Assembly (NCBI GenBank): GCA_963666985.2
Contig: CAXXIA010000002.1
Span: forward strand, 1,920,001 to 1,984,000
Direction: 5' to 3'
DNA from: Spirochaetia bacterium
Lineage (GTDB): Bacteria > Spirochaetota > Spirochaetia > DSM-2461
Length of the DNA: 64,000 bases
Each line of letters begins with the position of its first letter. Position 1 is the stretch's first letter. Shown piece by piece: positions 29,160-39,172 of this stretch. The notes beneath the pieces are model-generated. The model saw only the letters and a program-made list of their open reading frames with translations, searched no databases and was not told the origin of the DNA. Position numbers and translations under genes: made by a program.

Positions 29160-31434
29160 CTTTCGCTTTCCTGACGCGCTGAACGGCACTTTGATGCTTC
29201 TGCATCTCGATCAGGGCCAAAAGGAAAGCCAGGGTGGACTCGGCACCCTGATTCTGACTCACCCTGTCGACATGAAGGCCGTCCCGGCAGCCGCCGGTTC
29301 CGGGATCATACAGGCTCAGCCCCAGATCGTTTCTGCCGAGAAACCATTCGAACGCCCGTTCGGCTTCGATTATCCATCGCTCCTGTCCAGTGGCGGCATA
29401 CGCTTCATAGCAGGCCGAAACCGTGGCTTGTGCTTCGATCGGCTGTTGATCGAACGTCGAGCGTTCTTTTCCTCTCGTATAGAAACCGTTCGTGCCGATA
29501 GGCTGGAAATTCCCCTTCGGGGAAGTCTGGACAGCAATGAGCCAATCAAGGGACGTCAATCCGATTTCCAGAACCTCCTCGTCGTCGATATCAAGGGCCG
29601 TGACGATTAATGCATGAGGCAATTTCGCATTCGCATAAGTGACGATATTCTCGAACCACAACCAGTCTCCGGCGGCCGACGACTTATAGCAGTCCACCAA
29701 TTTCTCCGCCAGCGATGTCCGTATCTGGTTGGCTCGTCGATCGCCGCTGAGCCGTGTCAGATAATGGTGGATTCCTATGAGTGAGAAGGCCCATGCCCGC
29801 GGAGACGTGAATCCGGAAACAACGGGCAGGGCCTCCTCGAAGAGCTCGGCGGCCAGGATCTGAAATCCGTTGTGGCCGGCACTTCCCATGCAGACCCCCA
29901 ACGCCCAGAGGGCCTGGCCGTGGCAGTCTTCCGACCCGATTTCCTCTATCCAGTTGCGGTCGAAGGTCATGAAATTGCGGAAACGGTGAGTCTTCCGATC
30001 CAGAGCAAAATTGAGAAACGCGAGATATGTCGCCGCGAGTTCGTTGACCGCCGACGATTTGTTTCCTGCATGCTGGAGATGCTGCGTCAGGAGGAAGCCC
30101 CGGGCATTGTCATCCGTGCAATAACCCTCTTCGAAACGCGGTACGGTAAAGCTGGCGTGCTGGAATAATCCTGTGGAATCACTCAGTCGACTGAGGTGGT
30201 CGAGTTTCAGCGTCGGAAGCAGTCTCGGATGTTTCTCGAGGGTCCTGATCTGTGAGGACTTCCTTCCGGTCAAGCTCTGGCTGATTCCGGCCCTGCGGAA
30301 GGATTCCAGGTAGAGCTGCGCGATGCGGCTCCACACCATGCCCCGACCGATCTGAAAGGCTTTTCGCCGCATCGCATGCCTCACCGGATCGTCGGAGAGC
30401 AGTTCGGTGACGGCAGCGGCAATAGCGTGTTCATCGCGGAACGGGACCAGCCGCCCTCTGCCGTTGGTGAGAAGTTCCGAAGCATGCCAATACGGGGTGG
30501 AGACAACGGCATTGCCGGAACCGAATGCATAGGCGAGGGTTCCCGAGGTGATCTGATTCTCCGTCAGATACGGAGTGATATAGATATCTGTCGTTCCGAT
30601 GAATCGCATCAATTCGTCGATCCCGACGAAGCGATTGAAGAAAATCACGTTCTTCTGGATATTCAGGTCGACAGCCAGTCGTTCCAGCCCCAGGCGGTAG
30701 AGTTCACCTTCCTGCCTCAGGAGATTTGGGTGGGTCTGTCCGACGACGATAAAGACGGTATCGGGGAATTCCTCGATTATGGACGGCATCGCTCTCAGGA
30801 CATATTCGATGCCCTTGTTAGGAGAAAGCAGACCGAAAGTCAGGAGTACGTGCTTGCCCGCGACACCGAACTCTTCCTTGAAGTAATTCGAATCCGAGAA
30901 GGGCTTGTCAGGGATTCCGTGAGGGATGATGTCGATCTTGGTCTCCGGTGCCTTGTAGACTTCGATAAGCAGACGGCGTCCTTTCTCTGTCATGACGATC
31001 AGCCGTGAAGTCAACTCTATCAGTTCCAACATAACCTGCCGCTGTTCCGGATTCGGTTCTTTCAGGATTGTGTGGAGCGTCGTGACGATGGGCATGGTGA
31101 GATCTCGCAGAAGCGGCAGAAGGTGACTCCCGGACGGCCCTCCAAAGATACCAAATTCATGTTCTACGCACAAAACGTCCACGCCGGTGATGTTGAGAAA
31201 ATCCGCCGCTCTATGATAGGACTGCAGATCCTGCTCTTCGATCTCGAAGCGAACCTCCGGCGGATAGTCGTATCTTCCGTCGATATCGTTCACAGGAATG
31301 ACGAGGCATTGGGATTCCGGAGATTCCAGAGCCACCGCTGTCCGTAAATCCGTCGTAAATGTCGCTATGCCGCACTTCCTCGGCAGGTAGTCGCCGAGGA
31401 ACGCGATCTTCGGTATGCCTGATGGATCTTTCAT
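29152..31434 (-). CDS. GT4 glycosyltransferase with C-terminal six-hairpin-like domain
   Basis: YLPRKCGIATFT, HEFGIFGG, QITSGTLAYA; C-terminal GYCTDDNAR, FDQQPIEA, NQGAESTL. Confidence 0.9.
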   Translation of the reverse strand: MKDPSGIPKIAFLGDYLPRKCGIATFTTDLRTAVALESPESQCLVIPVNDIDGRYDYPPEVRFEIEEQDLQSYHRAADFLNITGVDVLCVEHEFGIFGGPSGSHLLPLLRDLTMPIVTTLHTILKEPNPEQRQVMLELIELTSRLIVMTEKGRRLLIEVYKAPETKIDIIPHGIPDKPFSDSNYFKEEFGVAGKHVLLTFGLLSPNKGIEYVLRAMPSIIEEFPDTVFIVVGQTHPNLLRQEGELYRLGLERLAVDLNIQKNVIFFNRFVGIDELMRFIGTTDIYITPYLTENQITSGTLAYAFGSGNAVVSTPYWHASELLTNGRGRLVPFRDEHAIAAAVTELLSDDPVRHAMRRKAFQIGRGMVWSRIAQLYLESFRRAGISQSLTGRKSSQIRTLEKHPRLLPTLKLDHLSRLSDSTGLFQHASFTVPRFEEGYCTDDNARGFLLTQHLQHAGNKSSAVNELAATYLAFLNFALDRKTHRFRNFMTFDRNWIEEIGSEDCHGQALWALGVCMGSAGHNGFQILAAELFEEALPVVSGFTSPRAWAFSLIGIHHYLTRLSGDRRANQIRTSLAEKLVDCYKSSAAGDWLWFENIVTYANAKLPHALIVTALDIDDEEVLEIGLTSLDWLIAVQTSPKGNFQPIGTNGFYTRGKERSTFDQQPIEAQATVSACYEAYAATGQERWIIEAERAFEWFLGRNDLGLSLYDPGTGGCRDGLHVDRVSQNQGAESTLAFLLALIEMQKHQSAVQRVRKAKDE

Positions 31435-31958
31435 TTTTTAACCTGCAGTCCTTGGGTCGGATTGGTGTCGATGTCATTAGTGATCGTTGTGTTGGTGCTG
31501 CGCGAGACGTGAGAATTCGCTATTGTCGAGTCTTGAATGGAAGGAGTCCGCGAGCCATGCAATTTATACGAGAACAGAAGTTGCCGAAATCAATCTGAAC
31601 ACAGTCCGGTAAATGACCTTGAGGATCCAGATTTACTCCTTTCCATTATTGTTGATCACAGGTCTTTTGTCAAAAGAACCGTCAGTTGAATGTAGCCAAC
31701 CAGATAATCTCATTCTTTGTTCTTTCTATGGCCATTGTCCCTGCAACAAGGTCTTGTCCAGTATTAACACAGAGGGTATTCTCGTTTCAGTATCTTGCTT
31801 TGAAGTTCCCTTACTTGGACCATTGACCGAAGTGTGATTCGACCTCTTCCGCTATTTCCAGCCAGATCGGATTCTCACGTACCTTTTGCATTTTGTTCCT
31901 AATATGCTGAAGGAAAATACTGGGTATCAGAAGAGGCCAATCACTCGCGAAATTCCAT

Positions 31959-32640
31959 TCAGACGCGATGCATGCAGGTGCTGGTTCTTCGTGTACAATT
32001 TCCGATACATAGATTCAACAGTAGTTGGAACACTCTCGTTTCTATCTTAAACTTATCAATATAGGACTTTAGCTGACGTACGTTTCCGAGTTGGTCAGTG
32101 AAAAGGTCGCCGTGTTCGGATGGTGTCATGACTGAATCGCAGAGATAGATCGGAAGCTCAATATCGGAGACGTGTGATAACAAATGTCGGATCGCACTCA
32201 GGAAGTTGGTTCGTTCCGCCATCACAACGAGAGGGTTCAAGTCAAATTTTGCTATGTTGTTTAGTTTTTTCCAAGTCGTTCAGATTTACAAATCCCGCAT
32301 TCAAATCGTTTCTTGTTGCCCAATCTTTGACTCTATTTATCGCCAGTACCAAGAACGTCCCAGACCCACACGCTGGACCTAGAAGGCGTTTTATCGGGTA
32401 CCATTATACTCAACCGCATCCAGAATCCGCTCGGCGAGCCAATTATATGTATATTTCTCACTACAATCATGACGTACAGTCTCTTTCTCAGAATTTTGTG
32501 TGCATGGGAGTTCAAAAGCGGCGGAGACTTCTATTCCTGAAAATAAAGCCTTCTACGTTGGAGACAATACCATCTAATTGCCGTGATATGACGGACTTTG
32601 GCAATTTCGGTACCGAAGACTTTAAGATCTCGTTTTGTGT
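31959..32640 (-). pseudogene. Decayed N6-adenine DNA methyltransferase (type IIG R-M-like) fragment
   Basis: Minus-strand frames give WLAERILD, RLLGPACGSGTFLVLAI (32341-32388, degenerate DPACGSGTF motif I) and DLNPLVVMAERTN, broken by frameshifts; limits approximate. Confidence 0.7.
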
Positions 32641-33439
32641 TTGACGAATTCAAAGCCGCCAAATCATTGATCGAAACGACTTTTTGCCAACATCGATGGA
32701 AAATAGACTCCGATTTTGGGGCACAGGTTTCCCGGATTCCTCGGCAATTTTTCCATCTTTGTATTCATCGGGTGGTATTTGTTGCTGTTTTTATGTCGTC
32801 CAAGATTTGCTCTGGTTTGCGATTTTGTTTCGTCCCTTCCTTTCTTCTTCTTTGATTCTTCTGTCTTTTTTTAAGAAAAAAAGGAAGAAGAAAAAGAATT
32901 AATAGGAATAGAAAAACTCCTTGGTGTTGCGTCGCGTGATTTGGATCAAGGCGGTTTCGGGGTGGTCATGAATCGGGAAGAAAACACGCCACCGGCGGTC
33001 CGGAAAAAGCTTCCTGGATTGTATGGGATGTCGCCGGGGACTTGGTGGTTCCGAGAAGTTTCCCCGGGGCCCACGGGCGAGCGCAGCGAGCTGTCGGCTC
33101 CGGCCGGGGCGGTGGGATTTACCTTGGACTTGAGGGATTCGTCCGTTCTGATAGCTTGCCCCGGCGCCGGAGCCCGGCCGAAGGCTGGGCAGAGGGGACG
33201 GGGGGTGAAGATTGAAAGACAACCAACGGGAAACTGCTGGCGGAGATAAGGGCTGATGCGCGAAGCGCTGCAGCCCGATGAAGCCGATGAGTGAGGAAAT
33301 TGGTCGTTAGCAGATCAACCGACTGGTGATGATGCATTGAAGGCAGCGATCCAATCCCCGCGAAAGAAGTAGACAGAGGCTTCGCTTCTGTCTACCCCGA
33401 AAGGGGCGAACTGGAATTCCCAGACTTCTATAGACACCT

Positions 33440-34258
33440 CTAGCTTGCAATAGAACCCTTTTCAAATTCAACCGGAGAGATCCCGCCAAGATGCTTGTGG
33501 CGACGCTTCCGGTTGTAAAATGCTTCAATATAATCGAACACATCAGACCGTGCTTCATCCCTTGTTCGATATGTCTTCCGGCGAATCCGTTCCTTCTTCA
33601 AACTACCAAAGAATGATTCCATGGCTGCATTGTCCCAGCAGTTTCCACGACGGCTCATACTTCTCTTCAGTCCGTTGTCACGACAGAATCTAATCCAGTC
33701 ACCGCTGTCAAATTGGCCGCCCTGATCGGAATGGATAAGGACTTTGTTTTTCGGGCGTCTCTTCCAAACAGCTGTCAGTAAGGCCTGGATAACCAGATCA
33801 CGATGAAGCGTGTTCTGCATGGACCAGCCGATGATTCTCCTGGAATAAAGATCCATGACAACTGCGAGATACAGCCAACCTTCATGAGTTCGAATATAGG
33901 TAATATCCGTTGTCCACGCAGTATCGGGTTCTTCTACATTAAAGTCCTGCTGGAGATGGTTCGGGGCAGCCTGGGACGGTTTTCCATACTTGAATCGACG
34001 CATCTTGAAGCCGACCATCGCCCTGATACCATGCTCTCGCATGATTCTGGCTACTCGATGGACGCTGCAGGATTCTCCGTCTTCCATCAAATCCTCATGG
34101 ATTCGTGGACTTCCGTAGACCTGATCGCTTTCTTCGTAGAAGTGGCGAATCTTCTTCAACAACCGAATGTCTTCAATCTTTCTCTCTGATTGAGGTTTTC
34201 TCAACCATGCATAGAATCCGCTTCGATTGACATCGAGAACCCGGCACATAGTCTTCAC
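33440..34258 (-). CDS. IS3 transposase OrfB
   Basis: WTTDITYI, HSDQGGQF, GNCWDNAAMESFF. Confidence 0.95.
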   Translation of the reverse strand: MKTMCRVLDVNRSGFYAWLRKPQSERKIEDIRLLKKIRHFYEESDQVYGSPRIHEDLMEDGESCSVHRVARIMREHGIRAMVGFKMRRFKYGKPSQAAPNHLQQDFNVEEPDTAWTTDITYIRTHEGWLYLAVVMDLYSRRIIGWSMQNTLHRDLVIQALLTAVWKRRPKNKVLIHSDQGGQFDSGDWIRFCRDNGLKRSMSRRGNCWDNAAMESFFGSLKKERIRRKTYRTRDEARSDVFDYIEAFYNRKRRHKHLGGISPVEFEKGSIAS

Positions 34259-34296
34259 TCTGAATTCAGCCCTGTAGTTTTTGATGAAGGCATATC

Positions 34297-34593
34297 TTAC
34301 TCGGACTGACTCGCGAAGTATGCCGCGGCTTTTTTTAAGATATCTCGCTCTTCCTGCACCCGCCGCAGCTCTGCTTTCAGCCTGGCATTCTCGACTTCAA
34401 GCTCCTTATTTGCTTTTGCCGATTCTGGTGCTTTTGGATTTCGAGAATCGGCCTTCAGCCACTTATAGAGGCTATGGGTTGAGACTCCTATACGCTCAGA
34501 GACTTCCTTGATGGAGTAGCCCCGCTCAACAACCTGGCCGACTGCTTCTGCCTTGAATTCGTCCGAATATCGCGGACTTCCCATGATGTACAC
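34297..34593 (-). CDS. IS3 transposase OrfA
   Basis: [23 protein letters not shown]. Confidence 0.93.
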   Translation of the reverse strand: MYIMGSPRYSDEFKAEAVGQVVERGYSIKEVSERIGVSTHSLYKWLKADSRNPKAPESAKANKELEVENARLKAELRRVQEERDILKKAAAYFASQSE

Positions 34594-34643
34594 TCCTTCC
34601 TCATTTTGAGTTTAGCAGTGTCTATCAAAAGCTGGGAATTCCA

Positions 34644-35234
34644 GAGTTGAACCTTCGTATCAAACCGAAAAGCAGGATACGTCGGGACAAGCCTGATGCG
34701 CTGGATGTTCCACCAGGCCCCCACATTGTCTGGTCTATGGATTTCATGTCAGACGCATTAGCAAACGGCCGAGCCTTCCGGACTTTCAATGTGATTGATG
34801 ACTTCAATCGTGAAGGGTTGGCCGCCGACGTTGACTTCTCGCTGCCATCACTCCGAGTCATTCGAAGCTTGGAGAATATCATTGAATGGAAAGGGAAACC
34901 GAAGATGATCCGCTGCGACAATGGACCCGAATATATCAGCGCCGAAATCCTGAACTGGGCAGACAATAGAGGAATCGACCTGGTACATATCCAACCTGGG
35001 AAGCCAACCCAGAATGCTTTTGTTGAACGGTTCAATCGGACAGTCGACACGAATGGATGGGAGTTGGTGAATTTCGAATCGATCCAGCAAGCACAGCTTC
35101 TTGCGACTGAATGGCTATGGACTTACAATAACGAACGACCAAATTCAGCGGTCGGAGGAGTGCCTCCGAGAACGGTGAATCGGGTCACTTGAAAACCTCT
35201 ACTTCTGACGACGTTCAAGAATGGGGGGATTACA
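34644..35234 (+). mobile_element. 3' remnant of a second IS3-family (IS407-like) element
   Basis: Partial OrfB 34647-35192 ([28 protein letters not shown]), followed by a ...GGGGGATTACA end. Confidence 0.85.
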
Positions 35235-35295
35235 AGTTGCTTTTCAATCCGGGATGGTGTTCTTACTTGAGTCGGGATAAGATGCTTCAGGTACT

Positions 35296-36306
35296 ATGAT
35301 TATTAAAACTAAGGCATACCCTCGGGCCGCGCTCATCGGGAATCCGTCGGATGGGTATTTCGGAAAGACTATAGCGTTCACGTTTTCGAATTTTCAAACT
35401 GATGTAACCCTCTATCCTTCGGAAGAGATTCGGATTCTTCCCACGAAGAGGGACCGTTTTTCCTATGAAAATATCGATGAGTTCTCTCGGGATGTTTCGC
35501 ATTACGGCTACTACGGAGGAATCCGTGTTATTAAAGCTGCGATCGCACGATTTTTGCGGTATTGCAATGAGTGTGATCGAAAACCTAAGGGCGGTAATTT
35601 TACAATTCGCTGTCATACGTCCATTCCTCCGCACCTGGGACTGGCGGGGTCGAGTTCAATAATTACGGCTGTATTCCGCGCGTTGATGCGATTTTATGGG
35701 GTGGATATTCCCAAGGTTGAACTGCCTAATCTGGTATTGCGGGCCGAGTCTGAGGAGCTGGGGATCAGTGCGGGACTTCAGGATCGCGTGGCGCAGTGCT
35801 ATGAAGGTATAACGTATATGGATTTCGACGAGGGGCTGATCACCGGAAGGGGTTACGGTGAATACCTTCCCCTGCGGCCGCTTGTTTTGCCGAATCTCTA
35901 TTTGGCTTACAGCACGTTAAATGCCGAAACTTCGGATGTTGTGCATAATGATCTTCGGTATCGGTTCGACAAAGGTGATGCTGAAGTACGAGCCGCCATG
36001 AGGGAATTCGCCGCGCTGACGGAAAAGGTTAAGGCGATGTTCGATGGGGGAGATTTTTCTAACTTGTCGGATGTGATGAATGCGAATTTCGATCTGCGTT
36101 CGTCGATTTGCGCCATCAGCCGCCGCAATGCCGATTTGGTGGCCGCCGCCCGTTCGGTTGGAGCTTCGGCGAAATTTACCGGAAGCGGGGGCGCGATTAT
36201 CGGAACATATCGGGATGATGCGATGCTGGAAATCTTGAAGAGTGTAATGGTGGGTATCGGAGCCGATGTGCTTGTTCCCGAGATTGCCTGGCCGGCGGCG
36301 GACTGA
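35296..36306 (+). CDS. GHMP kinase, glucuronokinase-like
   Basis: AYPRAALIGNPSDGYFG, GLAGSS, GLQDRVAQ, KFTGSGG. Confidence 0.8.
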   Translation: MIIKTKAYPRAALIGNPSDGYFGKTIAFTFSNFQTDVTLYPSEEIRILPTKRDRFSYENIDEFSRDVSHYGYYGGIRVIKAAIARFLRYCNECDRKPKGGNFTIRCHTSIPPHLGLAGSSSIITAVFRALMRFYGVDIPKVELPNLVLRAESEELGISAGLQDRVAQCYEGITYMDFDEGLITGRGYGEYLPLRPLVLPNLYLAYSTLNAETSDVVHNDLRYRFDKGDAEVRAAMREFAALTEKVKAMFDGGDFSNLSDVMNANFDLRSSICAISRRNADLVAAARSVGASAKFTGSGGAIIGTYRDDAMLEILKSVMVGIGADVLVPEIAWPAAD

Positions 36307-36577
36307 GGGAGAACGATCCGGCGAAGGGATGATGAGAACGCTACGGGGCGTCAGTGGCGGGCCGAGGAAGAATAGCGGAATAGTGGTTGATGTACAGCGC
36401 GGCGACGAAAGGGCGATGAAGGCATTCGGCGGCGGAGCGGCAGTGTATAAGAAGAACACCAAATTCGGAATGGGGTGATCGGATGGTTCAGCTCGCCTTC
36501 CGGGTGTCGGCTTCCGAAAGGGGCGAGGCATCGGCGGTTTGGCGTCAGGGGTCACTCCCAAAAAAGAAAAGGAAACA

Positions 36578-37453
36578 ATGATGATACGAAAAGCGGTTAT
36601 TCCCGCGGCGGGTTACGGCACCAGATTTTTGCCGGCCACGAAGTCGCAGCCCAAGGAAATGCTTCCCATCGTGGACACGCCGACGATTCAGTATGTGGTG
36701 CAGGAAGCCGTTGATTCAGGGATAAAGGATATTCTGATGATCATCGGGCGCGGAAAGCGGGCCATCGAGGAACATTTTTCGCGGAACTTCGAACTGGAGG
36801 CGGAGCTGAAGGCCAAGGGCAAGGAGGCCGAGCTGGCGCTGATCGATACTTTGCCGGCGGATGTGCGGATTCATTTCGTGTGGCAGCATGAACAGAACGG
36901 ACTGGGCGATGCGATTCGGTGCGCGCGGGATCATGTGGAGAACGAGCCGTTCGCGGTTCTTCTGGGCGATACGGTTCTGGAGTCCTTTGAGGCGCGGCCG
37001 GTAACGCGGCAGCTTATGGATGTGTATGCCGAGAAGGAAGAGCTGGTGATCGCTTTGGAAGAGGTTCCGGAAGAATTGGTCGGCCGCTACGGCATTGTTG
37101 ACGGGAATGATCTCGGAGGCGGGATTCTCACCGTTAAAGATATGATTGAGAAGCCCTCTCCCGAGGAAGCGCCGTCGAAATTGGCGGTGGCCTCACGATA
37201 TATTCTGCCGCCTGAAATCTTTAGTGCGCTGGATGTGGTGGAGCCGGGGAAGGGCGGAGAGATTCAGCTGACCGACGCGATTAGGATTTTGCTGGAGCAG
37301 CGCAATCTGTACGGCTGCCGGATTAACGGGCGGCGGCATGATTTGGGGAACAAGCTGGATTTCCTGAAGAGTTCGATTCTTTTCGCGCTGAAGCGGGATG
37401 ATTTGGGTCCGGATATCGCGGTGTGGATTAAACAAATGGCGGCGGAGTTATGA
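36578..37453 (+). CDS. galU: UTP-glucose-1-phosphate uridylyltransferase
   Basis: KAVIPAAGYGTRFLPATKSQPKEMLP; GEIQLTDA. Confidence 0.93.
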   Translation: MMIRKAVIPAAGYGTRFLPATKSQPKEMLPIVDTPTIQYVVQEAVDSGIKDILMIIGRGKRAIEEHFSRNFELEAELKAKGKEAELALIDTLPADVRIHFVWQHEQNGLGDAIRCARDHVENEPFAVLLGDTVLESFEARPVTRQLMDVYAEKEELVIALEEVPEELVGRYGIVDGNDLGGGILTVKDMIEKPSPEEAPSKLAVASRYILPPEIFSALDVVEPGKGGEIQLTDAIRILLEQRNLYGCRINGRRHDLGNKLDFLKSSILFALKRDDLGPDIAVWIKQMAAEL

Positions 37454-37664
37454 GCTGTTGAAGTTCAAAGGAAAATGGCTGCGGGATCGGCTGTTGAGCG
37501 AATTGGCGAATTGAATAGGACTGCCGCCTGAATTGTTGATTGAGCGAAAATATGATTAGGCGGCTGATGAGATGAAAAGCTGTCTGAGACTTATGTGTGA
37601 CAATGTTGGATTAGGACGCCTATTTTCTACTGCCTCAATCTCTTTCCATGTTATTTTTGAGTTT

Positions 37665-38324
37665 TTATTTCGGATTCGTTCGAAAGGTGAATTTCGGCTC
37701 ATTTCCTTGAAAAAGCCGCCCGATGTTTTTCCGGTGGAGCCATGAAACGGCCAGGGCCGTAAGAATGAAAAAGCCAATGAGCCAAAAAGAAATTTCGCTT
37801 TGCCGTATCAGTTTCCAAATAAGAGTAAAAATCGGCAGAGTCCAGGCTGCCGCGAGCGATGCCAGGGAGACATAACGGCTTACGGCCAGAACTGAGATGA
37901 AAATAATCAGGCAAATAGGCGCAGCTTGAGGGAACATGGCGATAATTCCTCCGGCAGCGGAGGCGACACCTTTCCCTCCTCGGAAACCGAACCATAAGGG
38001 AAATGCGTGTCCAATAAGGATTCCTGACAGAGTGAGAATAGGGAAGAGCAGCGGAAAGTTTACCATTCCCATGAAAATTCGCGGTAGGCGTAAAACAGGT
38101 ATAAAACCTTTAGCCGCATCAAGAATCAGTACAATTACTGCGGCTTTCCAACCCAAGACGCGAAACACATTGGTTGATCCGGCATTTCCACTTCCTTCAT
38201 GTCTAATATCAAGACCTTTTATCAGATGACCGGCGATAACGGCAAAAGAAACGGAACCAATCATATAAGAAATAATGAAAAGCAGGATTCCTATAGCGAA
38301 TGCGGGAAGGTTTGAAAAGGTCAT
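37665..38324 (-). CDS. plsY: Glycerol-3-phosphate acyltransferase
   Basis: [37 protein letters not shown]. Confidence 0.93.
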   Translation of the reverse strand: MTFSNLPAFAIGILLFIISYMIGSVSFAVIAGHLIKGLDIRHEGSGNAGSTNVFRVLGWKAAVIVLILDAAKGFIPVLRLPRIFMGMVNFPLLFPILTLSGILIGHAFPLWFGFRGGKGVASAAGGIIAMFPQAAPICLIIFISVLAVSRYVSLASLAAAWTLPIFTLIWKLIRQSEISFWLIGFFILTALAVSWLHRKNIGRLFQGNEPKFTFRTNPK

Positions 38325-39109
38325 TTTTTCTTTGGCAGCGGAATTAATATCGATGTGGAATCTCGGTATGATACATATTCCGGATTATTTCCAAATTTTT
38401 TTTTAGCGCTTTTTTCCAGAAGAGGGATTCCGCTGACAAAAAGAAGCAGCAATGTAATATAAAGCGGCCCCAGAACAACGAGCCAATTCCAACCGGAAAG
38501 TATTGGCGTAATTCCCATGAAGAGTCCCCACCAGAGAAGAATTTCTCCGAAATAATTCGGGTGACGGGAATATTTCCAAAATCCTGTATCTACCCAGCGC
38601 CCTGCATTTTCTTGGTTGTTTTTGAACCGAAATTTCTGTATGTCGGCCGCAAATTCAATAAAGAACCCAATAAGGAATAAAGAATAACCGATCCATTGCG
38701 TAAAGCCGAAAGGAGCGACAGATTCCGATGTTAGGTAAATCGTCAACGGAAGCATAATAATCCAAACCGAAACAGCCTGAAGAACCCAAAAGCGCAGGAA
38801 TGCAAAAAATTTGTCCCTTCTATCATCAAAACGGCTGTCCTTGCCAATAGCAATTATTCGGTAAAGCAAATACCCGCCCAGGCGAATTGCCCATATGAGA
38901 ACCAAGAGTGCCGGAATTATTCTTTCCAACATCCAAGGGGTGGCCAGGGAAAAAAATAGTACTATGGTTATAATTAAGAAGGATAAGCTGTAGCTCATAT
39001 CTGTGACCTTATCTGTTTTGAATAAAGCTGCAAACAGAAAAAATCCCATATTTACAATTAGGGATATTATTAAGGTTCCCAGTAATGGGCGAAGAAATAA
39101 AATATCCAT
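38321..39109 (-). CDS. DUF1295 / steroid 5-alpha-reductase-like membrane protein
   Basis: [35 protein letters not shown]. Confidence 0.85.
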   Translation of the reverse strand: MDILFLRPLLGTLIISLIVNMGFFLFAALFKTDKVTDMSYSLSFLIITIVLFFSLATPWMLERIIPALLVLIWAIRLGGYLLYRIIAIGKDSRFDDRRDKFFAFLRFWVLQAVSVWIIMLPLTIYLTSESVAPFGFTQWIGYSLFLIGFFIEFAADIQKFRFKNNQENAGRWVDTGFWKYSRHPNYFGEILLWWGLFMGITPILSGWNWLVVLGPLYITLLLLFVSGIPLLEKSAKKKFGNNPEYVSYRDSTSILIPLPKKK

Positions 39110-39172
39110 ATATATAAAATATAGGTATTTTATTGATGAAGTCAAATCAGGACCGGATTTAAGGAGGTTAAA

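Larger units (their letters stand above)
33412..34643 (-). mobile_element. IS3-family insertion sequence, 1232 bp
   Basis: IRs TGGAATTCCCAGAC..ATAGACAC / GTGTCTATC..GCTGGGAATTCCA; A7G frameshift motif near 34329-34336; no target duplication. Confidence 0.92.

Noticed and set aside
33226..33311. Possible twelfth attC-like site or missing right arm of R10 (AAC...GCTGATGCGC...GTTAGC)
   Set aside because: The ends are not complementary and the conserved ACTTCGCAT..CAGC arm is absent.
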